Below are positions 1 through 11,600 of a stretch of DNA of 64,000 nt, in pieces (positions within the stretch are counted from its first letter, which is position 1; each line of letters opens with the position of its first letter). The stretch covers positions 121,086,001-121,150,000 of the forward strand of contig JBITNC010000001.1 of assembly GCA_050084985.1 (NCBI GenBank), written 5' to 3'. Under the pieces are notes generated by a model that made no database searches, was not told the origin of the DNA, and saw nothing but the letters and a program-made list of their open reading frames with translations. The DNA comes from Nageia nagi. Lineage: Eukaryota > Plantae > Pinophyta. The position numbers and the translations under genes are program-made.

Positions 1-400
1 TTTCAAGACCCAAATATGTGTATTGAAATCAATAGTCCAGCAAAGGAGAAACTCCCAAAATAGTTATCCTTCTTGTCTTCTAAACTACTTCGTATTCTGT
101 AAACAAAATAGTAGCATGATGATTGATTCCTGTGAGATTTGGAGACTAACATAGGGGGTTGTTGTTAAAATAACTGAGAAAGTATCATGGTATTATATGA
201 TATAGCCCCTTGTACGTCTATCATATAGAAAAGACCTCATCAATGGACAGGTCACACAAGCTTGTTTTTCTTGTAAAATCTGAAATTTGCAGCAATATTA
301 GAAAGATTTTTAAGATAGCTAGCAGGAAACTGCTTTTGACAACTTTTGAAACAGGTATTAGAGATGCATGCAAAATATAAAAGTAAAACAAGTGTTGTAA

Positions 401-1551
401 TGTGACGTCCCCCTCGCATAATTGTAAATAATTCTGGAATCCAACGGATTCTCCTTTTGTATTATATTTCATTATTTAATTGTGCCTTAAGTTAGTACTA
501 GGGATAGAAGACTTAATGGGTCATTGGACCCCATTGTGAGCCCCAAGTGGGCTTTCTCCCTCCCAAGTGTAGATTAGGCATCTTAATGTACTTGGATATC
601 CTGATACATGATTGTGGAAATCCCAAGGTCTATTTAGCACTTAAGTGGATGGATGAGCACTTAATGCCCCAACGTTGAGATTGGGAGCACTTGTGCACAT
701 GACACCCACGTTGCCCCCCTAGATACCCACAAATGCCTCCTAGACCAACGCATGTATTCGTGGACCCACGTGGAGCATAGGGAGGCCTAAATACCCATGT
801 TGGATTTGGAATGACTCCTAGGTGCCAACGTTGGGGCTTGAGGGGACTGGGTGATGACATTGAGGTGCAATGCAGATTCAGGAAAGCTATATTAGCCCTT
901 GGAGCCTCATTTGCTAGATATGTTGAATAATTGATTATTGCTTATACTGTCAAGTGGACAGAAGTCTTAGCGTAGAGCTAAGCAAGATCCCCAGGTGTAG
1001 CATCTAGGAGGATTAATAGGTTGGGATCTTGTTCATCTACGACTTTGGTGTAGCACCCTAGCCCATCCGGTGGTATTCCGAGGTTGAGCTTCTACCTTCA
1101 GTGGTTGCTGGGATTTGAGGAGGGCTCCTTTGGTGGAGAGGAATCAAGTTCTGAGAGAGCAAGACTATCCCATTCACCATCCATCCGTCCAGTAGTGAGA
1201 GACACACGTTGTGCCCTAGTTGGCTCCTTGGAGGCCAATGTCCAGCCTTGGGGGCTTGGTATTGTATCTTTGATCATCATTTATCTTACATATAGCCATT
1301 GGGCACTTGGATCGCCATATTTGTCTTGTGTATGCTTTACTATTGCAACATTGTGGTGTGATTGTTCATTCTTGCATATTGTAGCTTGACGTTGGCATTG
1401 TGAGCTTGTATTCATTGATATTTGCTAGTCTTGGCCATACGTTTGCAATATTGTATTGATTATGTTTAATCTGGATACCCTAGGTCAGATGTTGGAGCAT
1501 ACTTGTGTATTTTGAGCTATTTGCATTTGATTTTGTAATTGGATCTTTACA
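401..1551 (+). repeat. 5' LTR of a truncated chromovirus-type Ty3/gypsy element (element A)
   Basis: TGTGACG...TTACA ends, followed directly by a PBS. Shares motifs (ccattgtgagccc..gtggg, ccaacgttgg repeats) with the LTRs of elements B, D, F and the solo LTR at 62432. Confidence 0.8.
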
Positions 1552-1552
1552 G

Positions 1553-1564
1553 TGGTATCAAAGC
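1553..1564 (+). promoter_or_regulatory. Primer-binding site (tRNA-iMet type) of element A
   Basis: TGGTATCAAAGC 1 nt after the LTR end (consensus TGGTATCAGAGC). Confidence 0.85.
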
Positions 1565-1585
1565 TTGCATCTGGCCAACTTGTGA

Positions 1586-1890
1586 ATGAAAGATGCTATT
1601 CACAACTACTACACCAGGTCAAGCATTAGAAAAGAAATGGCATCTGCAAGGAAGAGCGGAAAGTTGCAGCTTGATGAGATACCTTCTAGGGTCACCCAAG
1701 AGGAAGATCGCTGGCCATGGATGAACGAGGTGCCGAATGAGGGTGATTCTGATGAGGAGAATGAGGCGCCAAAAGGGAGGACCACTTCGGTTAGGAGGAG
1801 AAGCCCTACTCCAGCTCGGAAATCCACGCCTGAGAGGCGATTCAATGAGCTCATTTCGGCCATCCACAACATGATGGAGCTATCACCTCT
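1586..1890 (+). pseudogene. N-terminal gag-like fragment of element A, truncated
   Basis: ORF MKDAIHNYYTRS... starts just after the PBS. No capsid, PR or RT sequence follows; the sequence switches to an unrelated accessory ORF at about 1900. End coordinate approximate. Confidence 0.55.
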
Positions 1891-2070
1891 ATGCAAAGGC
1901 AAATGAACACCATCCAACTCTGCCAAAGATGCACTAAAAAGGTATGGGGATTTCTTTCTCCAAAATCAACATTTTTCTTATATTAAGATATATAGATCTT
2001 CTGTGGAGCCGTACTAGTTGCCTAGGTATGTTAGCAATAGGCTAGTCTTGATGGAGATTATGAGGCAACT

Positions 2071-3440
2071 TGTAATATCCCCAAATATTCTCAATGCAAA
2101 AATTAACCAAGAAAATACCAAATAAATATCAAGCAATGGTCCTAGGCATTCCATGAACTATACTAAGGCATCAAACATGGAAAATAACAAGCCAAGAAGC
2201 CCAACGATGCACCTCTCTAGCTGGATTCAACCGTTATACCCCAATGTCACAGTTGGGGGCTCATATACCATGCAAAACACACCCAAAATGCCAACGATGC
2301 ACCATACAAGCATATACACATAGAAATAACTTAATTTTGCAAATATGGAAGCATAAACATCAAATATGGAGACAAGAAATGAGATCCAAGTATGTCACGA
2401 CTTCAATTATTGACAATGAAGAGTACAATACCGAACAGGCCCAAAGGGCTCAACGTTGGCCTCCAAGGAGCCAACTAGGGCATATAATGAGCTGAGATAG
2501 ATTCTGAAACTGATGTAGAACAATCACCTCCTACCAGTTTTGTGGATGCCTCACTGAAAGGCTCCTTCACAGGCTAGCTCTCGGCATAGAGAATGAATGT
2601 GATTTCGGAATGCCATCGAATGGATTCAAAGGTGCAAACCACTTGTGGACGCCTTAGGGTAGGGCAACCTCACTCGCATGAACATTCACCTCAATCGTAA
2701 GAGAAGGTGTTGTATGCCTCTTGAACTCTTCTTGTGCGCTGCGCTCAAGGGTGCTTGACACTGCCAATTCTTTGGAACTCCGAAGAGAAGGTTTTCTGTA
2801 TATAATCAAGTCTATCTCTTCATCAAGGCTCTTTTGCCATATATAGCTCACCATTGGATTTGGATCTCACCTAGGAGTCATCCCCAACCTCTCCAAACTC
2901 AACGTTAGCCTCTTGGAGGCCCAAGATCTCCAACATGGGTGCCTAGGAGTCAAGCATGCCCAACGTGGGTACCTAGATGCCATAAATGCTCAACGTGGGA
3001 GTCCAAGGTGCCACTAATGGCAACGTGGGTGTCTAAGGTGCCACACATGCCAACGTGGGAGTCCAAGGTGCCATGTGGGTCTAGGAGTCATGCGTGGGTG
3101 CAAGGGGGTCATCATGGGCCAACGTGGGGGTATAGGAGTCTCTCCAAGGTTGGCGCATGTGTACAAGTGCTCCAAATCCAACATTGGGGCAAATAGGTGT
3201 TTATCCATGCACAAGTGTCATCTAGGTGCTATACAAGTCTTGGGATTCCACAATCATCTTTAGGATCTCCAAGTGCATTGAATGATAAATAAAATAATAC
3301 ATCCTAGCTTGAGAGGAAAATGACCTTTATAATTGTATCCCAATTAACTAACAACAAATACATGAATAAATAAATATTTACAAAAAGGGAATCCTTAGGA
3401 TTTCAAAATTGATTATTTTTTACAAAAAAGGGATGTTACA
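2071..3440 (-). repeat. 3' LTR of element B
   Basis: Direct repeat of 20140-21542 with many substitutions; adjacent PPT. Confidence 0.93.
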
Positions 3441-3459
3441 AAGCCTCCCCTCTCGAAAT

Positions 3460-3626
3460 TGCTTGCCCTCAAGCAATTCAATGATGGATGTGCAAGTATC
3501 TTAGCTCCTTCCCATGTGGAATCTTCATTAGGCAAGTCCTTCCACTTGATCAAGTATTCCTGAATCTGACTTGATCTCAACTTCTTCATTCGGGTCTCCA
3601 ACATCTTTTCTAGAATTAAACCAGCC
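3460..3626 (-). pseudogene. Element B integrase C-terminal chromodomain
   Basis: KMLETRMKKLRSSQIQEYLIKWKDLPNEDSTWEG; joins PPLDEEG at ~16893 once element C is removed. Confidence 0.9.
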
Positions 3627-3631
3627 GTCCC

Positions 3632-5420
3632 TGATGAGTTAAATAATGACACTCCAAATTCCCCCAGGGCTGTCACTACCCTCCCCTTAGTGATCCTCAC
3701 ACCTGTTATTGTGAAGGGACCAGTTAACTCAAAGAGCTGGTACACCAACACTCAGGAAAGCTTTTAGTTGCCTCTCACTAAGTTTGGAATATCAACATTT
3801 ATCCCCTTCATTACTTTTATCAAATCCGGGAGGTGTTCAAGGCTGTATGCTATTGAGCTCTGCTCTCTAAGCTGTATCTACTTCAAGCAAAGTGGCAGAA
3901 AGCAAATGTGCAGAACTGAACGTTGCAGAATTGAAAGTACAGGAATCTGAAATACTAAAAGAGAGACAAACTGGAAAATACTGAACTTAAAGCAAACTCA
4001 CATTTAAACTTGGAAAGTACAGAAAGATAAAAGAGTCTTCTACCATTTGGAGTGGGCCCTTGCTCCTCTTGGTGGAAGACTTAGAGAACTCAGAACTGGA
4101 AACTCTTTAACAGATCACTTTATTGTTGCATGCAATTCGTCTTACACAGAATGTGCTTGACAAATCTAATACAGAGCTTCAACACAATAATCTATTCACA
4201 CAATACTTTCTTAATTTTCTAACCCCTCCTACCGTCAACAATTGAGGTATAAATATCCTCCATTGTTTAACAATAGGTAGGTCAAGAATAACCATAATCT
4301 GAACAGTATTCTGTTATGGAAAACAGAATCATTTATTCTACTAACTGACTAATACTAAAATTATCATACTAGTAGTATCCATGCCCTGTCTAAAGAGAGC
4401 TGCAATCCCTTAGAAAAAGGGATAGCTCATCTCAACAGGTCAGCACTATCTATTTACATTCATAGGTAGTTTTTTTATGCTTAAATTGGAGTCAAACATA
4501 CACCAAAAACAAGAATCATATCTGACTATATCTGATGTGTTGAAACCATGCTTCTACAGACTATATCTGGAGCAGTTCATATCTCCTAAATATCTGGATC
4601 ATACAAGGTTAGAATAGAGCTAACAATATAGTCAAGGATGACAGTCAACTCTCAGATCTAGGCCTGGAGTGGAAGCTCCGGACGAGTTTGAAGCAGGAGC
4701 TCCGGACGAGTCCAACATAGAGGCTCCAGACAAGCTTGAAATAGAAGCTCCGGACAAGCTTGAAATAGAAGCTCCGGACAAGCTTGAAATAGAAGCTCCA
4801 GACGAGTCTGGAACAGGCGCTCCGGACGAGTCTGGAATAGGCGCTCCGGACGAGTCTGGAACAGGCGCTCCGGAGAGTCTGGAACAGGCGCTTCGGATAG
4901 GTCTGAAATGGAAGCTCCGGACGAGTCTGGAGCAGGCGCTCCGGACAAGTCTGGGAGATAGAGACCTTTGACACGTCTGAGTTGAAGACCTTGGGTGAGT
5001 TGAGAAGGGCTCCAGACAAGTCTGGAGGAGAGCTCCAAACAAGTCTAGCTCTTCTTTATTCAGATGAGGCGCCAACTATGTCTGGAGCGGAGCTCCGGAC
5101 GATGCAGACCTGTTTAAAAATCTGTCTGGAGCGGAGCTCCGGACAATGTAGAATTTGTTCAAAGGCATCTTCACAAGACTTGCAACCCATCCAAATTACC
5201 GACCATCATTCTATGTTGCAAAAAGAAGCATTTTGGTTCAAAACAAACACAAAAGTATAATCAGTATGCACAAAATACTAATATAAGGAAGGTATGCATT
5301 TAACCATATATTAAGCAACTAGATAGTTCAACCATTACAAATAATCCGTCCCATAATGTCCAAATATACAAAATGAACCATTGAACCGTGCCAAAACCAG
5401 GTAATTTCTGAGACTCATCA
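3632..5420 (-). repeat. 3' LTR of element C (1789 bp)
   Basis: TGATG..CATCA ends; direct repeat of 15030-16887. Confidence 0.96.
4675..4960. repeat. 24-bp tandem repeat in the C 3' LTR (12 units)
   Basis: Units GCTCC(G/A)GAC(G/A)AG....; explains the spurious APDxxxxx ORFs. Confidence 0.9.
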
Positions 5421-5527
5421 CTCTCCCCAACTGAAAACATTGCTACCCCTGGAGCAATAAAGAAGGAGACAGTTTCAATCAGAATCACTGGAACTGTCAT
5501 CAACAGTAACAACTGATGGAGCATGAA

Positions 5528-7790
5528 CTAGATGAGCCAAATCATAGGGTCCGTCAGCGAGTTGCAATCTTTGGCGGGTCCGAATGTCAATGGTGCCTTG
5601 TTGAACTTGTGGAACACTTGCTCCTCCACCATGTTGCCGGATAAGCCGAGACTCCAAGTTCTAAATGCAGCATTTGATTGGGGCCCGTTTTCATTCTCAT
5701 CTGGAACAGGGAATAGAAGTAACGGAGGACGAAACTGACTACCAACCCAATTATCAGGATCTCTTTCTAGCAGAGAGATGAGAGAGAGAGCTCTCCTTCT
5801 GCTCCAATATAAATTACCAGGTGTGAACACTTCACGAACACGGAGCTCATAGTGTAAACCCATCCAACGTGTGTTACAACACACAACAGCTTCATCAAAC
5901 ACAGTGTGAAGAGTTTCTCGGCATTCCTGTACACATTGTGATATTGCTGCTTTATACTGGGCTTTAATGGGGCCCTGTACAAGAAGTGCACGCAATGCAG
6001 CCTGAAACCGTTGGGGAAAGTATGCTTCAATTCGCATTGGAAAGACATCATTCTCCTGATTGTTCTGGAATTGAGCTATTTCTTTTCTCCACTAAATCTG
6101 ATTTAATAGGGCAGAAATAAAGGCTCTTAACTGGACTTCTCCCACATACAGGTTAACAAAGAACCCCCGATCAGACGGAACAAAGAAACCGTGAATAAAG
6201 CATTCACACATCAAGAAGCGTTGCTCTTCCGAAGCAACAAAATATTCCTGAAGAAATTGTTTGGGGTGTCTAAACAATAAGGTCGCCCTTTCGTAAGCTG
6301 TGATAACTGCCATCTATAGAAAAGTTCTTTCAAATATACACTGTAAACTGATGAAGGTGAGCGCAGGTGTAGAATTTCCTCAAAGATGGAGGAAGCATTC
6401 TGGACAAGTTGCCTTGGAACAGCAGAGGTTTGGGAGAGTGCCGCAACTCTACGCTGAGCTTCTTCAAATTTATCTTGTAGACTCTGATGCTCAGCCACCA
6501 ACTGTGTATGTACTGTGTTGAGATCAGAAGAGGCATATTGTTCCTGCGCTATCTGATATCTTAATTCTTCAATCTCCTCTCGCAGCCTAGCAGTGGAAGC
6601 TTTCTCTTTTGTCAAAGCAGACATACAATCAAAATTCTGCTGAATTCTGTCCTTTAAAGCTAACTGTTCAGCTGTGATGTGCTTAATCATTACATGGAGT
6701 GTCTGTGCGTCCATGTGTTGTCGCCGCATTGTGTGGCATTAGCTGCAGCCAACTCTCTGTTTTTCTGTTCTGTCTCAGCATATTGGGCACGCAGAATCTG
6801 ATTTTCTTGCTCCAATTGTTTAGTCTTTCCCTCTAATTCTTGAACCCGAGTTAATAGCAATCCATATGACACGTCTGGAGTAGTAGGCGAATTTACAGTC
6901 ACAAAATCCAGCTGCAAACTGATAGAAGCTTGTGGTGATGCAAACACGTGATCTCTTCCTAGACGGTCTAGCGGAAGACTCTGCATGTGGTTGACAGATG
7001 GAAGGCTTATCTTGGATATGAGCTGTTGGAACTGCCTCTACCCGATTTATGCTAATACAGGTATCCGTTTCAGCAGCCTCCTCCTTGCCTTTTAAAAATG
7101 CTTGCCAGGCTTCTTCTCCACCAATTTGAAGAAAATACTCTCGACAGATTAGAGTGATAAGTCCATGGTGTTTCAAAGGTGAAGTCTGATTCGACTCACG
7201 CACTTAGCAACCATGGACTGCAGACTATCAAATAAATGCTGGGGAATATTATACCTGTACTTTGTTGGGTGTCGTAATTGAACCAATAGTCGCATCTGAT
7301 GTCCCTGCAGTGTTGCATACTGGCCCTCACAAAAGAAATATTTCAGCACCCAGGTGGCAACTTCACTCCAAGGCTCGGGCAGGGAAACGCGATTAATTCC
7401 TCGGTCGCGTCCTTTGCTCGTGAATTTAGTTGTGCGGGGTTCAGCAAGATGATGGAAGGCGTCGAGAACATCGTCCGGCGATTCCTTTCAAGTGTCAACT
7501 CTTTGCCTTCAGCAGGGATACCAGAGATGGAACTGATTACTGCAGGAGAAACTGGAATGGTGTGCCCTCGTAGAGTAACAGAATTCTCATTCAATTCGGC
7601 TGCAAACTGCCGCACCAACCAGAGTTCATGGCCCTGAAATTTGTCGAAAAACGGAAGCCATTGGGCCGTGGCAAATATTTCTGACACCCTTTGATCCTTC
7701 CGGAGCTCTTCCGTCGAGCTGGGTTCTTCTCGGCGCTTCTGACCCATTTTTCTGACAACCAGTTGGTCTGCAAATGCTTGGCTGGAGTTT
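5528..7790 (-). pseudogene. Element C extra 3' ORF (env-position accessory protein, ~750 codons, frameshifted)
   Basis: Consecutive same-strand ORF pieces 7343-7747, 6820-7203, 6690-6986, 6211-6729, 6092-6313 and 5528-6037 lie between integrase and PPT. The central part is coiled-coil-like. Confidence 0.75.
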
Positions 7791-8671
7791 GAATGTGGTG
7801 AGGTGGCGAACAGAGCTTATGGCACAGTTGTTATTTGGACATGCAGGTTCAAATAATTTTATAACAGTTAAACTACTAATTACCTAAATAATGATGAAAT
7901 GACATACCATTAATGGCGGATGGTGGTGGAGCGTGAAAATGGACGTCCGGTACGTGTGAGGATGGTAAGGTGATATACCACTGATTGCATGCATGATAAT
8001 CTGGAGCCGCCTCTTGCCTCCAATGAATCACATGTCATGTGAAGGACGTTTGACATGTGTGAAGTATTGGTTGATGTGAAGTAAAAAGGTGGCGGTTGAT
8101 TTGTGTGCAGGGAAAAAGGTGTCAGTTGGTTTTATTTATGGCGTGGAAAGAGGTGGCAGCCAGTTTTTAAACCGTGTGCCATGGAGTGGTGAGTATGGAT
8201 GTGAGGATACGTGGATGTACTTGGTTACTGAGCTGTCGCGTGGTCCGTTGTGCTGCGCTCCCGACAGGTGACGTGTCCTTGAAGACTGGTCCATCACGTT
8301 GTAACTGAAATCGTGTCGAGCGCATTGTGCAAGGGAGGTGACGAAGAAACTGGCAGCTCTGGACGTGTTCGGAGAAACATCGTCCAATGCTCAGTAACCA
8401 TACGTATGCAAGATTCACACCATCTTTCGGAACTAAAATAGTCCCTGTTGACATGGGAATTCTGCATGTGACCCTGCATTATTATATAATATATATATAT
8501 AATTTTAATTTTTTTTTTTTTTTCGTTTTTTTTCTTTTTTTACATATAATACTAAGCTTCTTGTGTTTCCAGTGTCAATGGTTTTCACCCGACAAGTGTC
8601 AGTTTCCTGATTTTCACTTGTCGACTGCCACATCCACTGGAATCACTTATTTATAGAGCTGATCAAAGAGT

Positions 8672-11600
8672 TTATTTTACCACATCCGAGGAAGAAGAGG
8701 CTTCCCCGGATACATCAGGATCTGCTATCTTTATCTGCTGTGTGAATTGCTCCTTCGTTGATGGTATCAAATATGGTCGGAGGCGATGTCCATTAACCAG
8801 GAGAATCCTCCGAGAATTGTCAATTGGCTGTAACTGGACTGAACCATTAGGGAATATTTGAAGAATCTTATATGGCCCCAACCATCGTGTCTGGAGCTTC
8901 CCTATGAAATCATTATATCGGGAATCAAATAATAGAGCCCATTCCCCTACTTGAAACTGATTCTGTTTCAGATTTTTGTCATGCCAAAGTTTCCGTTGAT
9001 GTTGGATGATTTCAGTATTATGCAATGCCTCCATTCTTATTTCATCCAGCTCATTTAACTGGAGCAGTCTATTTTTCTGAACTTCTGTTATGTCCATCCC
9101 AACTCCTAGGGCTGTTCTCAGTGTCTGGAGCTCAAATTCTATTGGCATTAGAGGCTTCTTACCAAAAACCAATTCATATGGAGTAAATCCAGTGGTGGAT
9201 TTCCACATGGTATTGTATGCCCAAACTGCTTCAGGAAGCCTGGATACCCAATCCTTTCTGTGCGAAGCTACTGTCTTGGTCAATATATTTTTCCAGCTCT
9301 CTGTTAGTAACTTCAACTTGTCCATTTGTTTGTGGGTGATAGGGCGAAGCCTTCCTATGTCGGATTTGATATTAGTTTACAAAATGTTGTATTGTCCTTG
9401 ACATGAACTGCAGACCCTGATCAGAAACCAAAAACCGAGGAGCTCCAAATCTCTGCATAATGTTATTATACATAAAATCTGCCACCAATTCTTCTTTGGC
9501 ATGTGCCAAAGCTACTACTTCCACCCACTTAGTGGCATAATTAGTACAGACTAGTATGTGTCTCTTACCTCGAGATGGAGGATTAATAGGTCCAACAAAG
9601 TCGATGCCCCATTGCTCAAATGGTTCAAGCATCCACTGTGGTTGTAATGGCATCTGAGTAGTAGCAGTTGGTCTACCCATTCGTTGACACTGGTCACATT
9701 GCTTCACATATTTCCTAATGTCTTTGTGCATGGAAGGCCAAAAATAACCAGCTCCTAGGACTTTATGAATGGTTCGTTTATCAGAATAGTGACCTCATGA
9801 CGGCTCATCATGACATGCACGGATAACGTCAAATACCTCATCTGTCCGTAGACACCTTCGGAGTGCATAATCAGGTCCATATTTAAACAATAATCCATCC
9901 ACCCATTTGTATGATGCACTCTGCTTTATCAGTTGTTTCCTCTGATTTGGAGACAGATATGGAGGAATTCTTCCAGTGGCAAGATAATTAGCAATGTCTG
10001 CAAACCATGGTGATTGTGTAGAGATTGCAAATAGTTGTTCATCTGGAAAAGTATCCTCCACAAGCTCATCTTCTCGAATGATGTTCAGTCTAGACAAGAA
10101 ATCTGCTACTACATTTGTCTTGCCAGGTTTATCAATTATAGTCACATTAAACTCCTGTAATAATAGCAACCATCTCACGATTCTTCCACTTACCACAGGT
10201 TTGTTCATGAGATATTTAATGGCAGCATGGTCAGTATGAACAAACACTTGGTACCCTGTGATATAGTGTCTAAATTTATTGATGGCATACACTACTGCTA
10301 GGAATTCTTTTTCTGTAGTAGTATAATTTCTTTCAGCTCCTACCAAGTTTTTGCTTATGTAATAAATAGCATATGGGGACTTACTTGGTTCTTCTTGTCC
10401 TAGGACTGCTCCAATAGCATAATTTGAGGCATCCGTATGAATGTGGAATGGAAGTTCCCAATTTGGACCTCTCAACACAGGAGTTGTGGTGAGTTTTTCT
10501 TTGATGGTCTGAAAAGCTTCTTCACAGTCAGCCGTCCATTCAAATTCATTGTCCTTATGCAGCAGGGCAAATAATGGGGCTGCTATTTTACTGAAATTTT
10601 CTATAAATCTTCTGTAGTATCCGGCATGTCCCAAGAAGCTCCGGACATTGTTTGAGTCTCAGGTTGAGGAAGTTGCTTGATAACTTCTATCTTCTTGGGG
10701 TCCACCTGAATCCCTTGGGCTGAAATATGATGGCCCAAGACTATTCCCTCCTGTACAAGCATGAAACATTTTTCATGGCTTAAGGATAGATTATGCAGTT
10801 TGCATCTCACCAATACTTTTTCTAAGTTCCTTAAGGCATTTTCAAAAGTGTTGCCATACACTGTGAAGTCATCCATGTACACTTCAACGCAATCATTAGT
10901 CAGATCTGAGAAGATTGCTAGCACAGCTCTTTGGAAGGTTGCTGGTGCATTGCACAAGCCAAAAGGAAGAACCTTGTAAGCATATGTACCCCATGCACAG
11001 GTAAATGTAGTCTTGCCCTGATCTTCTTCTGCAATTTGTATTTGGTTATAGCCACTGAATCCATCTAAGAAAGAGAAATACTGTTTACCAGACAGAGTGT
11101 CTAACACCTGATCAATGAAAGGCAATGGAAAGTGGTCCTTGAATGTGGCTTTATTGAGAGCTCTGTAGTCAACACATACCCTCCATTTGCCATTTTTCTT
11201 AGGCACAATCACCAAAGGTGAGACCCATTGACTATCTGAGATAGGATAGATGAATTCAGCCTTCAACAGCTTCTCAATTTCAGTCTTAACAACTTCTTTA
11301 AGTGCAGGATTTATTCGTCTAGGAGGCTGCTGGACAGGCTGGTTTCATTCGTATAAATATGATGGGTACATATTTGAGGATGAATTCCTTTCATGTCTGA
11401 GTAATCCAAGCAAAAGCTTCGGTGTGAGTGGTCAAGACATCAAAAAGCTTCTTCTCTTGTTCATCCGTCAGCCAATTGCTGATATTAAGAGTCTTTCCTG
11501 GTAATACTTCAATAGTCTTAATCCCAGGCTTGGTCAGATTACTCTGTTCTGGAAGCTGAACTAGGGAATTCAAAGGACAAGAGTGTGGGAATAAGGAATG

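Noticed and set aside
2930-3135. ~30-bp CCAACGTGGG repeats (also ~21000-21200, 39450-39600, 44100-44300)
   Set aside because: Ordinary LTR-internal repeats shared by the chromovirus families; their ORFs are spurious.
4632-5260. Overlapping repetitive ORFs in several frames (APDESGTG / RLVRSACS), repeated at 15982-16727 and 25512-26182
   Set aside because: By-product of a stop-poor 24-bp tandem repeat in the LTR; no evidence of coding.
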